64,000 nt of DNA from Rhodospirillales bacterium (GCA_038143065.1 JAYQLI010000035.1:2176894-2240893), one strand, 5' to 3'. Shown: positions 22,099-33,618, numbered from the stretch's first letter. Numbers and translations are program-made. Notes: a model not told the origin generated them from the letters alone.

Positions 22099-22929
22099 AT
22101 GTCAAAAGCTGATCCTATCCCTGCAATTGCAGAAGCTGAAGCGACAGGAGAGATTAAGACCTTATATCAGGATATAAAGGAGGTTACAGGAGTTGGCGTA
22201 GTCAATCTTGTGTGGCGCTGCTTGGCAACTGTCCCAGGGGCATTGCCCTATGCCTGGAATATGGTTAGGCCTGCCTATGCGTCAGGTATTATTGCCGCTG
22301 AGGCTCATGCCTTTCGACGTGGGCTTCGACCACTAGATATGGCTCTAATTCCCAAAGCAGCACTTGCCGCTGCAGGGGTCGATAGCCTTGGGCTTTATAA
22401 CATAAGGGCGATTTTAGATTCTTATGACCGGACTAATGCAATGAATTTAGTCGGATTGAGCGCGCTACTTGCATGTTTGGATGGTGATAGTGGAGTAAAA
22501 CCTGTCTTATCCCAGTCGGTAAAAGAGCCAGCCCTCCCGTCTTTACCACCATTGCCATCTTTGGATGTGCTGGATCCTCAACTGCGTAGTCTCATCGAAA
22601 TATTAAATGACCTTGGCGAAACTGATGGTCGTGTCATTGCTAGTATGTATCGTCATCTTGCTTATTGGCCAGGTTATCTTGGCATTATATGGGCACAGCT
22701 TTCGTCATTAGCAGAAGATGGTCGGCTTGGGGCCGCAATTAGTGGCGCTAGAGCAGCCGGTCGTGCTCATGCTAATCAAATTGTTTCAGCTATGCCCGTT
22801 AGCGATAAAAGCCTTGAACCTGCAATTGAGCGTCACCTCAGAGACACTGTAATGCTCTTTACTGAGCATCCAATTGCAAAAATGAGTGCCATCTGTCGTG
22901 CGCTCGCAACTGTTACGCCTGCCCCTTAA
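22099..22929 (+). CDS. Hypothetical protein resembling the DehI (group I haloacid dehalogenase) repeat fold
   Basis: EAEATGEIKTLYQDIK...VVNLVWRCLA...AW and a second repeat IASMYRHLAYWPGYL. Similarity is recalled, not searched. Confidence 0.5.
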   Translation: MSKADPIPAIAEAEATGEIKTLYQDIKEVTGVGVVNLVWRCLATVPGALPYAWNMVRPAYASGIIAAEAHAFRRGLRPLDMALIPKAALAAAGVDSLGLYNIRAILDSYDRTNAMNLVGLSALLACLDGDSGVKPVLSQSVKEPALPSLPPLPSLDVLDPQLRSLIEILNDLGETDGRVIASMYRHLAYWPGYLGIIWAQLSSLAEDGRLGAAISGARAAGRAHANQIVSAMPVSDKSLEPAIERHLRDTVMLFTEHPIAKMSAICRALATVTPAP

Positions 22930-22946
22930 ATTTGCTGGAGAAAAAA

Positions 22947-23801
22947 ATGGAAGTCAGAACGCTAAATTCCGCAGTTGGTGCAGAAATTGTCGATTTGGAT
23001 ATCAACAACATCACTGAGGCCGAATTTGGTTGTCTCGTTGAGGCTTGGGACTCTCATGGCGGCCTTTTATTCCGAGATCAAAGACTTTCAAATGATGCTC
23101 TCGTAGAGTTTGCTGCTCGCTTTGGTGAACTAGAGGCTGCCCCCGTGATGGAAAATGGTCGCACTCCAGTGCCAGGGTACCCGGAAATATACGTCGTCTC
23201 TAATGTTCTTGGGGCAGATGGGAAGCCAATAGGAAGTTTAGGTGCGGGCGAGGCCGTTTGGCATACTGACATGTCTTATTTGGAAAACCCTCCAGATGCA
23301 TCCATGCTTTATGCTCTCGAAGTCCCGCCAACTGGAGGGGATACTTGGCTTGCCGGTATGTCAGCTGCTTACGAAGGTCTTCCGGATCAACTCAAAGTTG
23401 AAATTCGCGGCAAACGAATAAAACACGATGGTACCTTTAACTCCGGTGGGTTCAAGCGCGCGGGCGTAGAGGTTAGAGAGGATCCACGTGAAAGCATTGG
23501 CGCATATCACCCCATAGTTTGTGCGCATCCAAGAACAGGCCAACCAGCGCTGTATCTTGGCCGCCGAAGATTAGCTTATGTTGAAGGGTTGGAGCTTGCA
23601 GATTCCGAAGCTTTATTAGATCAGCTTTGGGCTCATGCGACGAAGCCAGAATATGTATTCTCTCACAGTTGGCGTGTGGGTGATCTTTTGATGTGGGATA
23701 ATCGTGCCACCCTTCATCGACGAGACCCTTTTGATGCTGATGCTCGAAGAATTATGCACCGCACTCAAATCAAGGGTGCCACAGCGCCCCTCGCAGCCTG
23801 A
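22947..23801 (+). CDS. TauD/TfdA family dioxygenase
   Basis: VGAEI, WHTDMSY, GGDT and WDNRATLHRR. Confidence 0.93.
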   Translation: MEVRTLNSAVGAEIVDLDINNITEAEFGCLVEAWDSHGGLLFRDQRLSNDALVEFAARFGELEAAPVMENGRTPVPGYPEIYVVSNVLGADGKPIGSLGAGEAVWHTDMSYLENPPDASMLYALEVPPTGGDTWLAGMSAAYEGLPDQLKVEIRGKRIKHDGTFNSGGFKRAGVEVREDPRESIGAYHPIVCAHPRTGQPALYLGRRRLAYVEGLELADSEALLDQLWAHATKPEYVFSHSWRVGDLLMWDNRATLHRRDPFDADARRIMHRTQIKGATAPLAA

Positions 23802-24001
23802 ATTTAAAGCTGGGTTTAATTTATGAAAAATGAATCTTTTTTCCGTTTCTTAAAATGTGAGTGCTGGTAAAATTTCAGTAGCTCAACAGCAAGTGTGTTT
23901 TCCATTAACTACATGAATATATTTAAAATTTTGATTAATTTTGAGGAATTCTTTGTTCAGGATGGTGTGACGGCTACAATTCAGGCTATAAAACGATTCT
24001 G

Positions 24002-24077
24002 GGGCCTGTAGTTCAGTGGTCAGAACGCGCCGCTCATAACGGCGTTGTCGCAGGTTCGAATCCTGCCGGGCCCACCA
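24002..24077 (+). tRNA. tRNA with CAT anticodon, most likely tRNA-Ile2 (lysidine)
   Basis: 76-nt cloverleaf: acceptor GGGCCTG/CGGGCCC, anticodon arm CGCCG-CTCATAA-CGGCG, GTTCGAATC, encoded CCA. Acceptor stem resembles Ile2, not fMet. Confidence 0.9.
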
Positions 24078-24080
24078 AAT

Positions 24081-25171
24081 TCACGCGCCTTTAGGCGTTG
24101 GCATGCCCAAAGCTGCCGCGTGCCTTGCGTCAAAATCCTGTTCTTTTATGCCGTGGTTATGGCCGCGTATGCCTCCCCGCACGGTTCCGGGAATCGTGGA
24201 CCTATAGAAATCCCCCAACTTTCCGGAAGTTCAGGGCTGTCGGGTGGGGCGATCCATAAACGCCACAAAAGTCGCTTTTTTTCAGGCTCGGCAAAATCCT
24301 CATAGTCGGTGCGACTGTGCAACATGCAGTGGTTATTAAAGATCTGTAAGTCTCCAGGTTGGAGGTTGAGGGTAAGCATGTACTCGGGACGCCGGAGTAT
24401 ATTATCCATCACATCCATTGTTTCGTGCTGTAAGGCAGAAAGCCTTGGCACAGAATCAAACCTTTGGGCGCTTTGGACGCGATTTCGGTTCCACTTTGCA
24501 AAAAGGCGCCCGTCACAAAAGTCGATCAGTGGCTGTCCGTAATATGGACCCTCGTCTTCTGCTTCCTCATTTTGGCGGCTGAAATAAAAGTCAGTTTTTG
24601 CAAGTTCTGCTAGGTCTGGTCGCTCTGCCTCCAATGCGGCGAATGCAGATACGCCACTTGTAAACATTGTTGAGCCCCCTAGCTTTGCCGCATTGTAACA
24701 CCCCAGAGTGGCCATATCCGCGCCATCAACATGAAAATCTAGCTTTGCATTCGACGAGTAGCCTCGGCCTGACGCGGCCCTGTAGTCTACGCCAGCATCT
24801 CTAACAGGTGAGATATACTGGGATGCTTTGCCTTGAGGGCGAGCAACGCCGATATGCAGGCCAATTGCCCAATTCAAAAGTTTAAATTGATCCTCATTCA
24901 TATCTTGTCGAGGTAAATTTTTGACGAGAGCTACGCCCCGTCCATGATGCGCCTGCTTTATCGCTTTTTTTAAGGTTGCTTCAGCTGGCCCAAGTTCAAA
25001 TTCTGAAAGGCTGTATTCGAATAAATCACGATCTGGGTCAAATGCTGCGAGAGTAATATCACGCAGGTGCCGGCTTTCTTTTTCCGTAAGAGGGAATACC
25101 CAGCCTTTATCCGCATCTAGGTCTTTAGTGGTCCAATTTGCGAGTGCTTGTAGTTCGCGAGTGATATTCAT
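24081..25171 (-). CDS. TauD/TfdA (clavaminate synthase-like) dioxygenase; frameshift near 24212
   Basis: FHVDGAD, NNHCMLHSR and RLLWRLW. The restored frame ends at TGA 24081-24083. Confidence 0.85.
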
Positions 25172-25186
25172 TGCGCTTAAATCCGC

Positions 25187-26071
25187 TTAAGTGATTAGCT
25201 TGATAGCCGCATTATTAAAATCTTTGGCATTTTCATACATTGCCCAATGCCCTGCATCCGGAATGACTTCAAATCCAGAGAAGGTTGGCAACTTAGCCAT
25301 AAAATTTCGTCTTTCAGTAAGGTACGGAAAGCTAGTTGAATCAAATTCGCCCCATATTCCAGATATTGAGCATGTTAATTTAGGCAATTTATCGACCAGT
25401 GACGGTAATTGACTAATCCAACGACTTTTCGTGACCGCTCGCGTAGTATTCATCACCTGCATGTGTAGAGCTAGCGAATCCACTGTCTTTGGGTCGCGAA
25501 CCATTAGTAGCTCTAGATTGCGGCGGGCAAGACATCGGATTGCTCTTGGGTCCATGTCTCTTTCAAACCGTGCAAGCGGTAAAAACTCTACCCGGCGAAG
25601 TCCCATGCCACTGGCGCCAACTAGTGTCAGGCTCTTTAGCCGTGGGCCCAAGTATGGGGCTACATATCCACTAATTACTCCTCCAAATGAGAAGCCCATA
25701 AGACGTGCTTGTTCGCTTTTGGGTGTAAGTAGTTCAATGCCATTGGCGATAAGCCGTCCAATTTCATCAGGATTGCGGCGGTCCGGAGGGGCATCACTAT
25801 CTCCCAGGCCAGGAATGTCTCCAGCAAAGACTGTAAAATGGCATGCAAGAGCATCCACATTTCTTATCCAGTGGATCCAAGAGCCATACCCTCCATGAAG
25901 CAGGTACAAACAGGGTTTACCTGAACCTTTTCCCCACGCATGCCAGACCATCTCACCGGTCGGTAGTGGCGTAGTGAGCTTTACCGCTTTTGTTAAAGCA
26001 TGCTTAATTTCTGCTTCTGCTGCAGAAGTTACGGCATCCTGCAAGATAAATAGGTTTTCTACTTTGGGCAC
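25187..26071 (-). CDS. Alpha/beta fold hydrolase
   Basis: LLHGGYGSW, GFSFGG nucleophile elbow and AGHW. Confidence 0.9.
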   Translation of the reverse strand: MPKVENLFILQDAVTSAAEAEIKHALTKAVKLTTPLPTGEMVWHAWGKGSGKPCLYLLHGGYGSWIHWIRNVDALACHFTVFAGDIPGLGDSDAPPDRRNPDEIGRLIANGIELLTPKSEQARLMGFSFGGVISGYVAPYLGPRLKSLTLVGASGMGLRRVEFLPLARFERDMDPRAIRCLARRNLELLMVRDPKTVDSLALHMQVMNTTRAVTKSRWISQLPSLVDKLPKLTCSISGIWGEFDSTSFPYLTERRNFMAKLPTFSGFEVIPDAGHWAMYENAKDFNNAAIKLIT

Positions 26072-26154
26072 CTGCTTCTTTTTCCCTGCTTTTACAAGTT
26101 ATAAAGATTGCGTACCTTGGAGGAGTCAAACCTTCCGCGCCAGAGGAGCCTTTC

Positions 26155-26820
26155 ATGTTTTACGAAGATCCACGCAATCACGGTCTTGCGTATAATCCAT
26201 TCAAAGCCATCATTGCCCCCCGGCCGATTGCCTGGGTTTCCAGTCAGGACACGGAAGGAGTGCTCAACCTCGCGCCATATAGTTTTTTCAATGCTATGGC
26301 GGATTTTCCTCCTACGATTGTTTTCGCGCCTAATAATCCAAGGCCCGGTGGAGGACGTAAGGACACCCTCGCCAATATCGAGGCCACCAATCAGTTTGTT
26401 GTGAATTTATGCCATTATGACCTAAAGGATCAGATGAATACTTCTTCTGCTCATGTTGATCCTGAGGTTGATGAATTTGCGTTGTCAGGTTTAACACCAG
26501 CCCCGTCGGTCAATGTAAAGCCACCTCGCGTCAAAGAAGCTCTGGCCGCGCTTGAGTGCGAATTCATGTTTCGCGTGCGCCTACCGTCAACTAATCCAAA
26601 AGCTGAGAATAATGCTGTTTTTGGAAAAGTAGTGGGTATCCATATTGATGACTCCATCATTGTTGACGGCCGAGTGAAAATGGAGCTCTACCGCCCACTC
26701 TCTCGCCTTGGATATATGGACTACTCCGTAGTTGATAATGTTTTCGCCATAGACCGTCCGGACCAAGATTTAGATAGCTACGATAAGACAGCGCGCAAGC
26801 ATTCAGACAAGGACAAATAA
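26155..26820 (+). CDS. Flavin reductase family protein
   Basis: PRPIAWVS, NLAPYSFFN, KDTLANI and RLG. Confidence 0.9.
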   Translation: MFYEDPRNHGLAYNPFKAIIAPRPIAWVSSQDTEGVLNLAPYSFFNAMADFPPTIVFAPNNPRPGGGRKDTLANIEATNQFVVNLCHYDLKDQMNTSSAHVDPEVDEFALSGLTPAPSVNVKPPRVKEALAALECEFMFRVRLPSTNPKAENNAVFGKVVGIHIDDSIIVDGRVKMELYRPLSRLGYMDYSVVDNVFAIDRPDQDLDSYDKTARKHSDKDK

Positions 26821-26880
26821 ATCTAAAGCGAAGATTACTTTGGTGCGGCGGCCCGTCGCCGTTTAATATTTAAGAGTCAG

Positions 26881-26910
26881 CTTGCGGGCGGGCTAGCCCC
26901 TTCCTATATA
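26881..26910 (+). promoter_or_regulatory. Putative RpoH (sigma-32) promoter of dnaK
   Basis: CTTGCG-N16-CCTATAT matches the alphaproteobacterial RpoH consensus CTTGAA-N16-CCTATAT. Confidence 0.7.
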
Positions 26911-27038
26911 CCTGTGTCTAAGCTCGGCTCTTTGAGTTGAGCAATCAATGTTAATCTCTGGGTAAAGCAAACGGGGGTTCCAAATGGCCGTGCCGGTGCG
27001 GGCGGTCTCACGGAAACCTGCCTTAAAGGGGGGAACTC

Positions 27039-28964
27039 ATGGCCAAAGTTATTGGTATCGATTTAGGAACTACAAATTCTTGCGTTGCTGTAATGGAAGG
27101 CGCAGACGCCCGCGTTATTGAAAACGCTGAGGGTGGGCGGACTACCCCCTCCATGGTAGCATTCATGAAAGATAGTGAGCGGCTTGTTGGTCAAGCTGCA
27201 AAGCGTCAGGCTGTTACAAACCCAGACAATACCCTCTATGCAATTAAAAGACTGATCGGTCGTCGTTTTGATGATCCAATCGTGCAGAAAGAGATTGGAG
27301 TATCACCGTTCAAAATCGTAAAGGGCGACAATGGAGATGCCTGGGTTGAGGCTGCCGGTGAGAAGTATGCACCTAGTCAGATTTCAGCTTTTATTCTGCA
27401 AAAAATGAAAGAAACTGCAGAAGCTTTTACAGGAGATACAATTTCAGAAGCGGTCATTACCGTCCCCGCATACTTCAATGATGCTCAGCGCCAAGCCACT
27501 AAGGATGCGGGAAAGATAGCCGGGTTGGACGTTTTGCGCATCGTGAATGAGCCCACGGCTGCTGCTCTCGCCTACGGGCTTGATAAGCAAAACACTGGGA
27601 TGATCGTTGTATACGACCTTGGAGGTGGTACTTTCGATGTGTCGATCCTTGAAATTGGTGATGGTGTCTTTGAAGTTAAATCCACAAATGGTGACACACA
27701 CTTAGGTGGCGAAGACTTCGATGGCGCAATCATTGAGTATCTCGCTGCAGAATTTAAGAAAGAGCAAGGCATCGACCTGAAACAGGACCGTATGGCTTTA
27801 CAGCGTTTGAAGGAAGCAGCAGAAAAGGCCAAGATAGAGTTATCGTCCTCTACGCAGACCGATGTAAATCTACCATTCATCACGGCAGACCAATCTGGTC
27901 CAAAACATCTTAACATTCATCTTACGCGCGCCAAGCTCGAGGCTTTGGTTGGTGCCTTAGTTGAACGTACACTAGAGCCCTGCAAAAAAGCGCTAAAAGA
28001 CGCAGGTTTGCGGGCAAATGAAATCGACGAGGTTGTTCTCGTTGGCGGTATGACCCGTATGCCTAAGGTTATCGAAACCGTTAAGGGTTTCTTTGGTCGA
28101 GAGCCACACAGGGGTGTTAACCCAGATGAAGTTGTAGCCGTCGGTGCTGCCATACAGGCGGGTGTTCTTAAGGGTGATGTAAAGGACGTTTTACTCTTAG
28201 ACGTAACGCCGTTGTCATTAGGTATTGAGACCCTGGGCGGTGTGTTTACTCGATTGATCGATCGCAACACAACAATCCCAACCAAAAAGAGCAATGTATT
28301 TTCGACAGCCCAAGATAATCAGGATGCAGTTACTATCCGGGTATTCCAGGGTGAGAGAGAAATGGCCCAGGATAATAAGATGCTAGGCCAGTTTGACTTG
28401 GTAGGCATTCCTCCTGCTCCAAGGGGTATTCCTCAAATTGAGGTCACCTTTGACATTGATGCTAACGGAATTGTCCAGGTAGGGGCCAAAGACAAAGCAA
28501 CTAATAAGGAGCAGACAATCCGGATCCAAGCTTCAGGTGGTCTTTCGGACGATGAGATTGATCGCATGGTGAAGGAGGCGGAGGCCAACGCCGCTGAAGA
28601 TAAAGTGCGTCGTGAGCAAGCTGAAGCGGCTAATCAGGCAGATAGTCTTATACAAACCGTTGAGAAGAATCTGGCTGAGCATGGGGATGCACTTGAGGCT
28701 GAGGATAAATCAGCAATCGAAGCTGATCTTCAAGCACTTAAAGATGCAAAAGAGGCAGGTGATCCAGAAGATGTTAAATCAAAGGTTGAAGCTCTTACTC
28801 AGTCATCAATGAAGCTTGGGGAAGCAATGTACAAGGCAAGCCAGGCCGAAGGTATGGATCCCGATATGGGACAGGAGGGTGACAACGCGGCCGACGGTGA
28901 TGACGGTGTCGTTGATGCTGACTTTGAAGAAGTAAAGGACGACGACCAAAAGAAGTCGGCCTAA
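27039..28964 (+). CDS. dnaK: Chaperone DnaK
   Basis: [17 protein letters not shown] and full-length Hsp70 sequence. Confidence 0.99.
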   Translation: MAKVIGIDLGTTNSCVAVMEGADARVIENAEGGRTTPSMVAFMKDSERLVGQAAKRQAVTNPDNTLYAIKRLIGRRFDDPIVQKEIGVSPFKIVKGDNGDAWVEAAGEKYAPSQISAFILQKMKETAEAFTGDTISEAVITVPAYFNDAQRQATKDAGKIAGLDVLRIVNEPTAAALAYGLDKQNTGMIVVYDLGGGTFDVSILEIGDGVFEVKSTNGDTHLGGEDFDGAIIEYLAAEFKKEQGIDLKQDRMALQRLKEAAEKAKIELSSSTQTDVNLPFITADQSGPKHLNIHLTRAKLEALVGALVERTLEPCKKALKDAGLRANEIDEVVLVGGMTRMPKVIETVKGFFGREPHRGVNPDEVVAVGAAIQAGVLKGDVKDVLLLDVTPLSLGIETLGGVFTRLIDRNTTIPTKKSNVFSTAQDNQDAVTIRVFQGEREMAQDNKMLGQFDLVGIPPAPRGIPQIEVTFDIDANGIVQVGAKDKATNKEQTIRIQASGGLSDDEIDRMVKEAEANAAEDKVRREQAEAANQADSLIQTVEKNLAEHGDALEAEDKSAIEADLQALKDAKEAGDPEDVKSKVEALTQSSMKLGEAMYKASQAEGMDPDMGQEGDNAADGDDGVVDADFEEVKDDDQKKSA

Positions 28965-28979
28965 TTGATGCATTCCTAA

Positions 28980-29007
28980 GGCGGGCGAGGGAGATGCCTT
29001 CGCCTGC
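28980..29007 (+). other. Stem-loop between dnaK and dnaJ
   Basis: GCGGGCGAGG...CCTTCGCCTGC inverted repeat without a T-tract; possible mRNA stabiliser or attenuator. Confidence 0.5.
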
Positions 29008-29033
29008 TAACGTTGCATTCGGGCGTTAAAACG

Positions 29034-30171
29034 ATGGCTCAAGATTTTTATGAAACCCTTGAGTAGCTCGGGGTGCCAGCGATGCAGACATGAAGTCTGC
29101 ATATCGGAAGCTTGCAATGAAATATCATCCCGATAGGAATCCGGGTGATAAAGAGGCAGAGCAGAAGTTCAAAGAATTAAACGCGGCATATGAAGTTTTG
29201 AAGGATGCTGATAGCCGCTCTGCATATGACCGTCTGGGGCATGAGGCCTTTACTCAGCGCCAAGCGGGAGGCGGAGGCCCTGGCGCTGGTGGCTTCGACT
29301 TCAATTTTACATCATCATTCTCAAATATATTTGATGAAGTCTTTGGTGATATGGGCCGACGTGGTGGTGCGGGTAGACAGAGCCAAAGAGGGGCGGATCT
29401 CAGATATAATTTAGAGATATCTTTAGAGGATGCTTTCGAGGGTTCCAAGGTAGATGTCCGAGTGCCGACCCTTGCGGAATGCGAGAGTTGTCATGGTTCA
29501 GGTGCAGAAGATGGCTCAAAACCTATTGGTTGTCCTACTTGTCAGGGCACAGGGCGTGTAAGAGCTAGCCAGGGTTTTTTCACTGTGGAGCGGACTTGTC
29601 ATAGTTGCAGCGGACAAGGACAGATAATTTCAGACCCTTGTAGGTCTTGTGGTGGCCAGGGCAGGGTACGTCGTGAACGAACTTTGAATGTGAATATACC
29701 AGCTGGTGTCGAGGATGGCACCCGAATTCGACTTTCTGGCGAAGGTGAAGCTGGTTTAAGAGGCGCGCCAGCCGGTGATTTATATATCTTCATTGGCGTA
29801 AGGCCTCACAAGCTTTTCGAGCGTGAGGGAGCAGACATATACTGCCGTGCTCCAATTCCAATGGCGACCGCTGCTATAGGTGGACAGATTGAGTGCCCGA
29901 CTATCGATGGAAGTCGTGCCCGTATCACTATCCCGGTTGGTACGCAGACAGGTAAAGGTTCCGCCTGCGTAGCAAAGGTATGAACATATTGAATCAACGC
30001 AATCGCCGCGGAGATATGATTGTTGAGGCATTTGTTGAAACTCCAGTAAACCTAACTAAGCGTCAGGAGGAGCTTCTCAAAGAGTTTGCAGGCGAAAGCG
30101 ATGGAAATCATCCAGAGACGGAGGGCTTTTTTGCCAAGGCTAAAGCCCTTTGGGATGATTTGCGCGACTAG
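29034..30171 (+). CDS. dnaJ: Chaperone DnaJ; frameshifts near 29060 and 29955
   Basis: HPD motif, G/F region and four CxxCxGxG repeats. ATG 29034 gives MAQDFYETL. Confidence 0.95.
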
Positions 30172-30264
30172 TATTGCAGTCCTTTGAAAGGCTGTGATTG
30201 CTTCTTTGACTTCATACTAATTGGAATTGCGCTCTGCTCTTGATGCTGATCGGATCTTTGGCTG

Positions 30265-30483
30265 TTACTTATGGCGGAATGTAATCCGGCCTTTTGTAAG
30301 ATCGTAAGGAGTCATTTCGACTGAAACTTTGTCTCCCGGCATCACGCGGATACGAAACTTGCGCATCTTGCCTGCGAGACGAGCAATCACTTCATGCTCA
30401 TTCTCGAGTTTTACTCGAAACATTGCATTCGGCAGCTTCTCTACTACCTCCCCGTCGAACTCGATTAGATCTTCTTTTGACAT
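30265..30483 (-). CDS. infA: Translation initiation factor IF-1
   Basis: [28 protein letters not shown]...PYDLTKGRI. Confidence 0.98.
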   Translation of the reverse strand: MSKEDLIEFDGEVVEKLPNAMFRVKLENEHEVIARLAGKMRKFRIRVMPGDKVSVEMTPYDLTKGRITFRHK

Positions 30484-30716
30484 AAATTTTCCGTGTGCTG
30501 TTATAAAAATTTGTGTGACCTTAAGGTCGGTCTTTGGTCTCTTCTACACCTTACGGGTGTATGTGAGAAGGTAGCTAGATAAAACATAAGCTGCGATAAA
30601 CTGCCATCTGTATTACGCGAAGAAAAAAGCGGTGCGTTTACCACTGCGTGAGGTCTTGAGTGATCTGTTAGCTAGCAACAATCCATTATGTGGCCTTCGG
30701 TCACTAAAAATCTTCG

Positions 30717-31955
30717 CTAGGTTCTACGGTGAATAAGAGCGGTTCTATTATCGATGAGACGGTTGATTTCTTCATCATCGTATCCCGCTTCTGAGAGGAT
30801 TGCTCTTGTGTCTTCACCATAGAAAGGCGGCGGTCTTCGGGCACTGCCTGGCGTTCTCGAAAGTTTCGCTTGAACGCCAAGTGCATTGTAGCCGTTGCCA
30901 TCACTAACTTTCATCTGCCTGTGCTGTGTATGAGGATGCTCCATGACTTCAGGTATTGAGTTGACTGGGCCTGCGGGCACTCCCTTTTCCAGTAAATTGG
31001 TAGCAAGGTCATCGCATTTGAAGAGCTTCAGCCTAGCTTCTAATTCCTGCTTGACGGCTACCCTATTTTCCGATCGATTTCGATTGTCTTTAAAGCGAGG
31101 GTCGTTGGCTAGTTCTGAAGCTCCAAGAACCTCTGCAAGCTTTGCCCATTGGCCGTTGTTGCCTACTGCGAGAAAGATTTCTTTATCCATGCACTTAAAG
31201 GTATCGTAGGGGTATATGTTTGGATGGGCATTACCAGTGATGGTGGGAGCCTTTCCGCTCATCAGGTAATTGTTGCCTTGGGGATGAAGCAATGCCACTG
31301 CGCTATCGTAAAGTGTGATATCGAGGAACTGACCTTGGTTAGAGCGTAATCGCTCAACGATCGCCATCAGGATTGCAATCGCGGCGTTAAGCCCTGTCCC
31401 CATGTCTACCATTGGGGTTCCAACCCGAACCGGTCCTGAGTCAGGAGAGCCGTTAACACTTAACATACCACTCATCGCCTGAATTACTGCGTCGTAACCA
31501 GGGAAACCGCCCAAGGGCCCCGTTGATCCAAATCCAGTTACTCTGCAATGAATTAGCCTGGGGTATTTCTTAGAGAGCACGTCATCGTAACCTAGTCCCC
31601 ATTTCTCTAGAGTACCTGGTTTGAAATTCTCTATGAGTACATCAGCACTTTCCAAAAGCCGCGAAAGCACAGATTTCCCTTCCTCCGTTGCTAAATCCAG
31701 GCCGATAGAGCGTTTGTTTCGGTTTACACCTTGGAAATAAGCACTTTCGCCGTCTTCTCTAAACGGAGGCCCCCAGTCGCGGGTTTCATCACCCCGGGGA
31801 GGTTCTACCTTAATAACCGTGGCTCCATGGTCTGCTAAGATCATAGTGCAGTAGGGGCCGCCTAGAACGCGAGTAAGGTCAACAACCTTAATTCCTTGCA
31901 AGGCGCCACCTGATTGGGCTTCCAGCCCGGTTGGGCCGTGCAGCGTATTTGACAT
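30717..31955 (-). CDS. Class III CoA transferase (CaiB/BaiF)
   Basis: DLTRVLGGP, NRNKRS, ENFKPG and GYDAVIQA. Confidence 0.93.
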   Translation of the reverse strand: MSNTLHGPTGLEAQSGGALQGIKVVDLTRVLGGPYCTMILADHGATVIKVEPPRGDETRDWGPPFREDGESAYFQGVNRNKRSIGLDLATEEGKSVLSRLLESADVLIENFKPGTLEKWGLGYDDVLSKKYPRLIHCRVTGFGSTGPLGGFPGYDAVIQAMSGMLSVNGSPDSGPVRVGTPMVDMGTGLNAAIAILMAIVERLRSNQGQFLDITLYDSAVALLHPQGNNYLMSGKAPTITGNAHPNIYPYDTFKCMDKEIFLAVGNNGQWAKLAEVLGASELANDPRFKDNRNRSENRVAVKQELEARLKLFKCDDLATNLLEKGVPAGPVNSIPEVMEHPHTQHRQMKVSDGNGYNALGVQAKLSRTPGSARRPPPFYGEDTRAILSEAGYDDEEINRLIDNRTALIHRRT

Positions 31956-32178
31956 TTATGGAATTTTCCTTGGGCCTTTTCTGAGGTGACAACATAAACT
32001 TTTAGTATCGCAGGCTACAATAAAACGCAGAAATATTTTTTAAAAATATTTTTGCCCTGGAAAAGTGGCCACACCAGCAAAGTTCACTGAATGTAGTAGA
32101 ACTAAACCATGAAAAACGATTTTACGTGCTGTTAATGATAACTTGATACGGCCGGTACATTGCGCCATCTTCATAGGT

Positions 32179-32275
32179 GGAGGGGAATGTCGTCCGGTGG
32201 CGGCCCCGGTCTTCAAAACCGGTGAGGGGGCGTTAGGCGTTTCCTGGCGGGTTCGACTCCCACTCTCCTCCGCCA
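32179..32275 (+). tRNA. selC: tRNA-Sec (UCA)
   Basis: 97 nt. 8-bp acceptor GGAGGGGA/TCTCCTCC, anticodon arm CCGGT-CTTCAAA-ACCGG, long variable arm, GGTTCGACTCC and GCCA end. Confidence 0.95.
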
Positions 32276-32304
32276 TTATGCATTTGCTAATAGCTATTTA
32301 CACT

Positions 32305-33195
32305 TCAGCTGCGCTTATCAAGCGTATTTCTGAAAATTTGGATAGATGTCGCCAGACTTCTGTTCCTATCTGCTGTCGCTCTAGTTTCTTCTCGAAGCGG
32401 TGTTTCATTTAAAAGGTCATAAGCCCAACGGGCGCCCTCGTGGAACTTTGACGTTATTTCGAGACTAGAGAGTGTTCCGGCAATTTCGTCCATTTCCGGT
32501 CCAAAACGATGAGCATCAGCTGCTAGAAAACCAACCCAACGCTGCATTGGGTCGTATAACGAACGGTTGTTTTGCTCGAGTTCATTTAGAAAGGCATCAA
32601 GCAGACCGAGTTTGTCTGCAGCAACTCCCATAGTTGCCATCATAGCCCACATGCCCTTGTTTAAACCGGCGTACATCATCTTGAGAGCTGATGCTTGCCC
32701 AACGTCTGGGCCAAGAGCGATCACCTTCATGTCTGGACGATTCAGTGCTTCTGAAACAAATTTGGCTTTTTCACCTGACAAATAGACCCTTGGGCATCCT
32801 TTGTCTGGCGAAGGGCCGATAATCCCACCGTCCAGGATTTCGACCCCCTCTCCTGACATGGTTTGAGCAATTCTTGCCATGGTAGCTGGGGAAATGGCGT
32901 TTAAATCTGCAAAAAGTGGCTTCTTTGGAATTCTTCTCAACTCTGATGCAGAGGACTTAGCAAATTCTTCAGCGTGGCCAGGTGGCATAACTGATAATAC
33001 TAAGTCTGCCTCCTCTACAGCGGCGCTAAAAGAGCCAGCATCTTCAACACCAGCACGGACTGCATTGGCTTGACTTGCTGCACTTCTTGGAGTGAGGTCA
33101 CTTACAACCCGAAAACCAGCATCCACTAAGGTCCGACCAACGCCGCTGCCCATATCACCGGCTCCAAAAAGAGCAATTGTTTTAATTTTTTCCAT
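32305..33195 (-). CDS. NAD(P)-dependent oxidoreductase (6PGD/3-hydroxyisobutyrate dehydrogenase-like, DUF1932-type C-terminus)
   Basis: GAGDMG, DLNAISP, DGGIIGP and ASALKMMYAGLNKG. Confidence 0.85.
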   Translation of the reverse strand: MEKIKTIALFGAGDMGSGVGRTLVDAGFRVVSDLTPRSAASQANAVRAGVEDAGSFSAAVEEADLVLSVMPPGHAEEFAKSSASELRRIPKKPLFADLNAISPATMARIAQTMSGEGVEILDGGIIGPSPDKGCPRVYLSGEKAKFVSEALNRPDMKVIALGPDVGQASALKMMYAGLNKGMWAMMATMGVAADKLGLLDAFLNELEQNNRSLYDPMQRWVGFLAADAHRFGPEMDEIAGTLSSLEITSKFHEGARWAYDLLNETPLREETRATADRNRSLATSIQIFRNTLDKRS

Positions 33196-33210
33196 TAAGT
33201 GCTTCCTACG

Positions 33211-33618
33211 CTATTTTAAAATTCTATATCCCCGAGGGTCGATCTTTTGATCAAAATGATTCACGATTCTTCTTTCGAGTGGTGGACTCATGCAACACGC
33301 CTTGCTTGCTAAGGCAAAGCTGTGTTTCAAATAGGGGGCAAAGCAAGAATATTGCCTGCCTTCAAGCGCTGCTTTGCACTTTCTCCTCCCCTCTGTCCAA
33401 ACATCGGCATCGCCTTCATTGATAAAACGGACTTGAGTATAAGGGTGGGAAGGCATCGGGGCTACACAACCTGGCTTCGCAACTGGGGCCACAGTCATAA
33501 CTGGTGTGGAGCCGTCTGAAAGTAGTGGCTGGTATTATGCCAGCTGCCCAAAATCTACACGCTCTGCGCTTGAGAAATAGGCGATCTTCGTGCCATTACT
33601 CTCTGGCTTCTATACCAT
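33211..33618 (-). pseudogene. Degraded cupin-domain gene
   Basis: AGGAGA RBS then ATG 33618. In-frame TAG (33610-33612) and TAA (33535-33537). Cupin remnants PGCVAPMPSHPY and, in a shifted frame, LKAGNILALPP. Confidence 0.55.

Noticed and set aside
24002-24083. Genomic island integrated at tRNA-Ile2
   Set aside because: No integrase or duplicated tRNA 3' end was seen. The convergent dioxygenase gene simply ends 3 nt from the tRNA.
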